From Candidatus Poribacteria bacterium (GTDB lineage Bacteria > Poribacteria > WGA-4E > JAJDTR01): a stretch of DNA of 64,000 nt. Position 1 is the stretch's first letter, and every line of letters starts with the position of its first letter. The position numbers were made by a program, and so were the translations under genes. The notes beneath the pieces are model-generated. The model was not told the origin of the DNA. It searched no databases and worked only from the letters and a program-made list of their open reading frames with translations. Location: assembly GCA_965222225.1 (NCBI GenBank), contig CBDCTK010000002.1, positions 672,001 through 736,000 of the forward strand, given 5' to 3'. Shown piece by piece: positions 59,532-64,000 of this stretch.

Positions 59532-61460
59532 CTACCACAAAAACTTGTACATCGGCTTTCCAAGGGCTATGCCGAAAAGACTCCAGAAACTCCCGGCGAC
59601 GAATTCACCGAGTATGATTCCCAGAAAGAAAGGGATGGATTTTCGATGCGTTTTCAATCCACCGGATTTGAGAATGATTGACTTTGCCAACCAACTGATA
59701 AAGATTGAAAACCAAAACCCCCGCACGGAGTAACTGGCTGCGACCGCATAACCAGCAGGGTGCAAGGGCCAAAAGAGAAAGCGCATTCTCATCATCATCA
59801 AAAAAAGTGAGAACAAGAAACCGGCGCCCATAGCAACGGTCGCCGCGTAGTCTGGTTGCGAAGGATAATAAAGCCAACTTCTCAGGCGATTGAAAGCATG
59901 AATCCCCCGCCCTCTTGTATTCAACCCAACAAACTGATACTGGGCGTCCAGATACGACCAAAAGAACGCCAATGCGCCAATCACAGTCGCTAACACCATA
60001 GCGAGGAATAACCCGGAGTTGCTGATTCTTGATCGCTCTGCGATTTTGAATCCCTCAAGCTGATGCGGCATCGGATGGGGTCTATACGCCCTGTTGAAAA
60101 ACCGAAAAAAAGAAAACATCGTCAGGTTATGAGGACCAAAACGGCGCGTGCCTATCGCCCCTGTTATCATTTCAGCCAGACCGGAATCATGAAAATCGTG
60201 TACGGGAGAACCCAGTTCGGCTCTCATCCGGGTAATGGCGATGGACATGGCGAAATATAACGTGAAGAAGACAAAAATCGCCCCAATCGACATCCCTGCC
60301 CTTAAACAAAAGAACGTTATGAAACTCATCCCCAAAGCTATTCCTGAAAAGGCAGATTTGTATCTTATGGCCTCAGTCGAGTCATCAAGCGGAGATCGGC
60401 TTGAGAATACGGTTAGAATTACCTTCTTTAGGTGGCTTCTGCTCACCCAAAGGGCAATGGCGCACAGTCCGATCAGTCCGCCGAACGCCTGTTCGCCGAA
60501 ATAGGGAAACCGGGGGAGGTCTCCGAGTCCGAGGTAACTTGCGAAAACAGACTGTAACTTCCAAAAGAGAAAGAAGAACCAGAAGGAAAATGACAGATCT
60601 AGGGGGATAAAAAAAACAAGCCCGACGATAGAAGGTATAACCATCACCGGCATCGAACCGATCGCGCTCCACGGTTTTTCGGTGAAGAATCTTCCCAGGT
60701 CTAATCCACGTCCTGTCTTCTCATAGAGTTCACCGCCTAAGCTGGGCACGAGGGGAAAGAGATGGTGCAATCCATTAACGATATTCACTAGAAATGCAAT
60801 CCCAAAGCCCAACCACATAAGTCGATTAACAAAAAAACCCGATTGCTCGCGCGTCATCTCAAACGGCAATTGAATAATCGGATAGGTGAGCTTTTCCGCT
60901 TCGACCCATTGTTTCCTGACCACGACATTGATGCAAAGCATGATGAACAGAAGCGCGAAAAGAAAAGCGGACCACGCGAGTGCTGGAAACACCCAAGCTC
61001 TGACATGTCTAGCGGTGTATAGCGTTGATTCTCCATTGTAAAGGTTATCCAGAACGCTATTCTCTTCCACGGCAAGCCATCTCGGAATAAATCGCCAAAA
61101 TAGATTCCCCCACTCATTTTCTGGCGTTGCGAACGCAAATGGTGTGCTCATAATGCCGACCAAGCTCTGTATGATATCGAGACCGGCCAAAGAAGAAGCG
61201 ATAGATAACATGACGTAGACAACGAGGAGTTCGCCCTGACTGAGCGCAGAGGCCGGTAGGAATTTCTTGAGCGGAACATTGAACAGCGTCAAAAGGAACA
61301 GGCTGAAGACAACATTGTAGTAGAGCGAGATATTGGTCGTATATGACTGATCTGTCGCGCGTCCCATGCCGATCCAATAGCAGTTGGCGACGATGAGCAC
61401 GACGCCAATTGTTAGCGCACGTAGTAGAGATGGGAAAGTCTGTTTTCGGGTCTGTTTCAT
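59532..61460 (-). CDS. Multi-pass membrane protein (DUF6785/DUF6784-like, putative transporter)
   Basis: Many TM segments; 'RKQWVEAEKLTYPIIQLP', 'TRMRAELG', 'WPLHPAGYA', 'PFFLGIILGE'. Confidence 0.7.
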   Translation of the reverse strand: MKQTRKQTFPSLLRALTIGVVLIVANCYWIGMGRATDQSYTTNISLYYNVVFSLFLLTLFNVPLKKFLPASALSQGELLVVYVMLSIASSLAGLDIIQSLVGIMSTPFAFATPENEWGNLFWRFIPRWLAVEENSVLDNLYNGESTLYTARHVRAWVFPALAWSAFLFALLFIMLCINVVVRKQWVEAEKLTYPIIQLPFEMTREQSGFFVNRLMWLGFGIAFLVNIVNGLHHLFPLVPSLGGELYEKTGRGLDLGRFFTEKPWSAIGSMPVMVIPSIVGLVFFIPLDLSFSFWFFFLFWKLQSVFASYLGLGDLPRFPYFGEQAFGGLIGLCAIALWVSRSHLKKVILTVFSSRSPLDDSTEAIRYKSAFSGIALGMSFITFFCLRAGMSIGAIFVFFTLYFAMSIAITRMRAELGSPVHDFHDSGLAEMITGAIGTRRFGPHNLTMFSFFRFFNRAYRPHPMPHQLEGFKIAERSRISNSGLFLAMVLATVIGALAFFWSYLDAQYQFVGLNTRGRGIHAFNRLRSWLYYPSQPDYAATVAMGAGFLFSLFLMMMRMRFLFWPLHPAGYAVAASYSVRGFWFSIFISWLAKSIILKSGGLKTHRKSIPFFLGIILGEFVAGSFWSLFGIALGKPMYKFLW

Positions 61461-61542
61461 ACCGTCTGCCCCGACAAAAAGCACCGCATTTAGCGCGACA
61501 CTGTCCACCAGATTAGGAAAATTTATGATTTCAGATGCGCAC

Positions 61543-62400
61543 TTAAATTCGCGCTTCTTTCCGGCCGGTGCTCAAAGTCTGCCATGAGAACTCCGCAGCA
61601 AGCCAGGGGTCGTAGTTCGGCTTTCTGAAGATCATGCCGCTGATCTCAACTGTTATGCATCCACACCAATCCGCTTTGGCCATTGCCTGAAAATATGCCG
61701 CGTAGTCGAAGTCTCCCTCGCCTGGCAAGAGCCACTGTACTTTGCCAGCCACCATGCATCCATCTTTCACATGGGTGTGGATCGCCAGGGGAGCCAGTTT
61801 TGCGACGGTATCGGCCAAGGGATAGCCTGCCACAGCAAAGTGACTGATGTCGAAATTGAGTCGCACTGAAGGTGAGTTGATTCGCTGGATCAGCCAGACA
61901 GCGCGGTGCGGATGCTCCAGAATACTACCTACATGAGGCTCCACGGCAAAGCGAGTTCCCGCTTTTGCTATTAATTCGCCCACTTCTGCGATGCGGTCGG
62001 CAAGAGCTTCTCGATCCTTCTTCCAGGCCATAGCCCCGCCGCCCAGCGTGGTTGTCAACACGGGGATCTTATCGCTCACAGCCAGGTCGTTAGCCAGTTC
62101 AGCAGCCGCGCGGAATGCCTCAAGCTGCTGCTGATACTCCCGGGGATCAGCGGTCAACACCCGGCTCAAAAGCATTATAGAAGGAATCTCTAGATTAAGA
62201 TCGGAAATCATGGCGCGCAATTCAGCACGCCTTTCCCTCGAGAGTTTTTGGGGGGCAGTCGGGTAAGCTTCTCCCACACAGATTTCTAGCCCCTCATAGC
62301 CCATCTTTGACAGACGTGGCATCGCTGCCGTCAAATCTTCTTTGGGCATCCCGTAAGTTCCATAAGCGATCTTGAAACGTCTTTTCTGGTTTACGTTCAT
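61543..62400 (-). CDS. Sugar phosphate isomerase/epimerase (AP endonuclease 2 TIM barrel)
   Basis: 'GYEGLEI', 'AVEPH', 'NFDISH', 'HTHVKD', 'PGEGDFDY', 'ITVE'. Confidence 0.88.
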   Translation of the reverse strand: MNVNQKRRFKIAYGTYGMPKEDLTAAMPRLSKMGYEGLEICVGEAYPTAPQKLSRERRAELRAMISDLNLEIPSIMLLSRVLTADPREYQQQLEAFRAAAELANDLAVSDKIPVLTTTLGGGAMAWKKDREALADRIAEVGELIAKAGTRFAVEPHVGSILEHPHRAVWLIQRINSPSVRLNFDISHFAVAGYPLADTVAKLAPLAIHTHVKDGCMVAGKVQWLLPGEGDFDYAAYFQAMAKADWCGCITVEISGMIFRKPNYDPWLAAEFSWQTLSTGRKEARI

Positions 62401-62588
62401 TATTAACCTCCGCTGTTATGCCACCTCCGTTTGACCTTGGCTACCCACCACTTGCAGAGTTCTCTCCGCCAATATCGTCAATTATTACCGATCGAGCAGT
62501 TGATGACGATGAGGACCGATCGAACATAATGTCTCTCGATTGTCATTGCCATTGATCTCTATCCATTTTCTTTTGCCAACGATGAAAC

Positions 62589-62625
62589 AAAAAAGCACCG
62601 ACATGAATCATGATCTGTGCTTTTT
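62589..62625. terminator. Possible bidirectional intrinsic terminator
   Basis: AAAAAAGCAC...GTGCTTTTT downstream of the 62657-63433 gene. Confidence 0.4.
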
Positions 62626-62656
62626 GGATTGGAGGTGTTCCTTTTTAGTGATAAGG

Positions 62657-63433
62657 TTACAGGGCTTTAAGTTTGCCCCATGTGAGACTCAACTTGCCGG
62701 CGGGTCCGACGTCCTTGGGATGTTTGCTTTGACCATTCGCGTCCCAGATCTCCACCTCATCATACACGGGAGTTGCCCCGCCCCGCCCCCAGGCTTCCAT
62801 GGCTTTCCCGACCAACCCGACAGGTCCCGCGGGCCGATTCGGCTTGACAACAGTTCCGTCTTTTTTGCGCCATTCTTTGACGTTACCGGTCGGTTTAATT
62901 GGCTCTTCGTCTCCATCAAGCCAAGCCTTGGCAATCAACTCGTGTTTGTCCGTGACGGTCAACTGAACCCAGATCCACTGATCGAGTTGGGGACGCACGG
63001 GTTTGTTCAGATTGACCCACTGCACCCCTTCATTTAACAGTTTGACATCACTGGGGCCATTTTCTGTTGTCGTCAAGCAGTATCCAAGATGTCCTGTCGG
63101 TTTGCCATCCTGCGCTTCGGCGTTGTTGAGTCTTGGCGTCAATCGAACCGCGATGCCCATTCGGGTCCAGGGAGCGCCGATGATTTTCCCTTTGGCCTGG
63201 ATGGTAATCTGTTTGGAATGGAATTCAGCCGGTATTTTGGGAACCGCATAGTTAAATTTCACATTCGATTCGACACAAGCCAGATACCCATCCGTTTCAT
63301 CCCAAATACCGGTGAGGTCCCATTTCTTATCGATGACACCATCTTCAAAGTCATCGAAAAATAGTGTTTTTGCCATTACCCCGCCGCACCAGAGCAGCAG
63401 AATAACTCCGAGCACCGGAAAAATGATTCTCAT
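62657..63433 (-). CDS. Secreted beta-sandwich protein with conserved C-terminal tail
   Basis: Signal peptide, 'LFFDDFEDG', 'AKAWLDGDEEP', tail 'VGPAGKLSLTWGKLK'. Confidence 0.75.
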   Translation of the reverse strand: MRIIFPVLGVILLLWCGGVMAKTLFFDDFEDGVIDKKWDLTGIWDETDGYLACVESNVKFNYAVPKIPAEFHSKQITIQAKGKIIGAPWTRMGIAVRLTPRLNNAEAQDGKPTGHLGYCLTTTENGPSDVKLLNEGVQWVNLNKPVRPQLDQWIWVQLTVTDKHELIAKAWLDGDEEPIKPTGNVKEWRKKDGTVVKPNRPAGPVGLVGKAMEAWGRGGATPVYDEVEIWDANGQSKHPKDVGPAGKLSLTWGKLKAL

Positions 63434-64000
63434 TTTTTTTCTCCTTCAGTTTGTCTACGAATGTTCTTGACACTGAAATGACCAAACTCAAACCGATTAA
63501 TCGACGCTACGTGGGGATGGTTCATCTTCTGCAGGAGTTTGGTTGACACTTTGTTGTGACACAAGAATCTTAAGCGAGGGAAGGAAACTTATCCTTGTTT
63601 TCCTTCCTTTCTTACTTCACTTTCCATGTGGCCGCAATTGAATCTGGCCCAAAACTACGGTTTGAAAGTGTCGATCTAACTCTGAACCGTGCCTGATTCG
63701 ATAAACCGGGCTACGGCACATGGCGTGTGCCTGCTACTTTAACGTTAGCTTCTTACCTCGAACTCACGTTAATGAATTGGAAGTGACCCACCCGAAGATT
63801 GTGATTGGCGGGGCGGGGTGATGAACATCCGTCCTTATGTCCAGTACGGTGATTTCTTTGTGTTTGGTTGTGGTGAAAGGTCGATCGTCGATATATTTGA
63901 GCACCTTTTCAACAAGAAGTTGACCTGGAGACGTGCGTCTAATTAGGTGAAGGCACTGTTGACGTTAGACGGGATGGAGAAGTATTATCGCCAGTACCGT

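Noticed and set aside
1-64000. tRNA, rRNA or known riboswitch
   Set aside because: None recognised by eye; tRNAscan-SE and Rfam scans are needed to exclude them.

Overview
Bacterial chromosomal window, most likely Candidatus Poribacteria (inferred from LamG and secreted proteins ending in a V-x-[PA]-x-G-K-[LF]-x-x-[TA]-W-G-x-[LI]-K tail and several PhyH-like dioxygenases). 1-19 kb is housekeeping: lptF/lptG, a rex-hemB-hemL-polyprenyl synthase-sirC-like-ccsA-hemA-hemC-cobA/hemD tetrapyrrole cluster, comEC, a DegT aminotransferase and aroQ. About 19.3-38.3 kb is an accessory, partly decaying defence island: short DprA/SLOG gene, terminase-small-subunit-like relic, frameshifted RloC-like ATPase, intact IS701-family element, frameshifted N6-adenine methyltransferase coupled to a PLD-SNF2 helicase, and two rmuC paralogues, one lacking the catalytic Lys. 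38-64 kb holds oxidoreductases, an N-terminally extended infA, an M48 protease, smc, arfB, an IlvD/Edd dehydratase and a sugar/LamG cluster. The most unusual signal is non-coding. A 35-nt GATC-bounded module occurs in 17 full copies, no two identical, and its four variable dinucleotides covary as base pairs, defining a hairpin with tandem G-A pairs on the reverse strand. It sits inside REP-like hairpins and MITEs, forms stacks of partial copies, and once lies in frame inside the methyltransferase gene. All alignments and counts were done by eye; no database searches were run.
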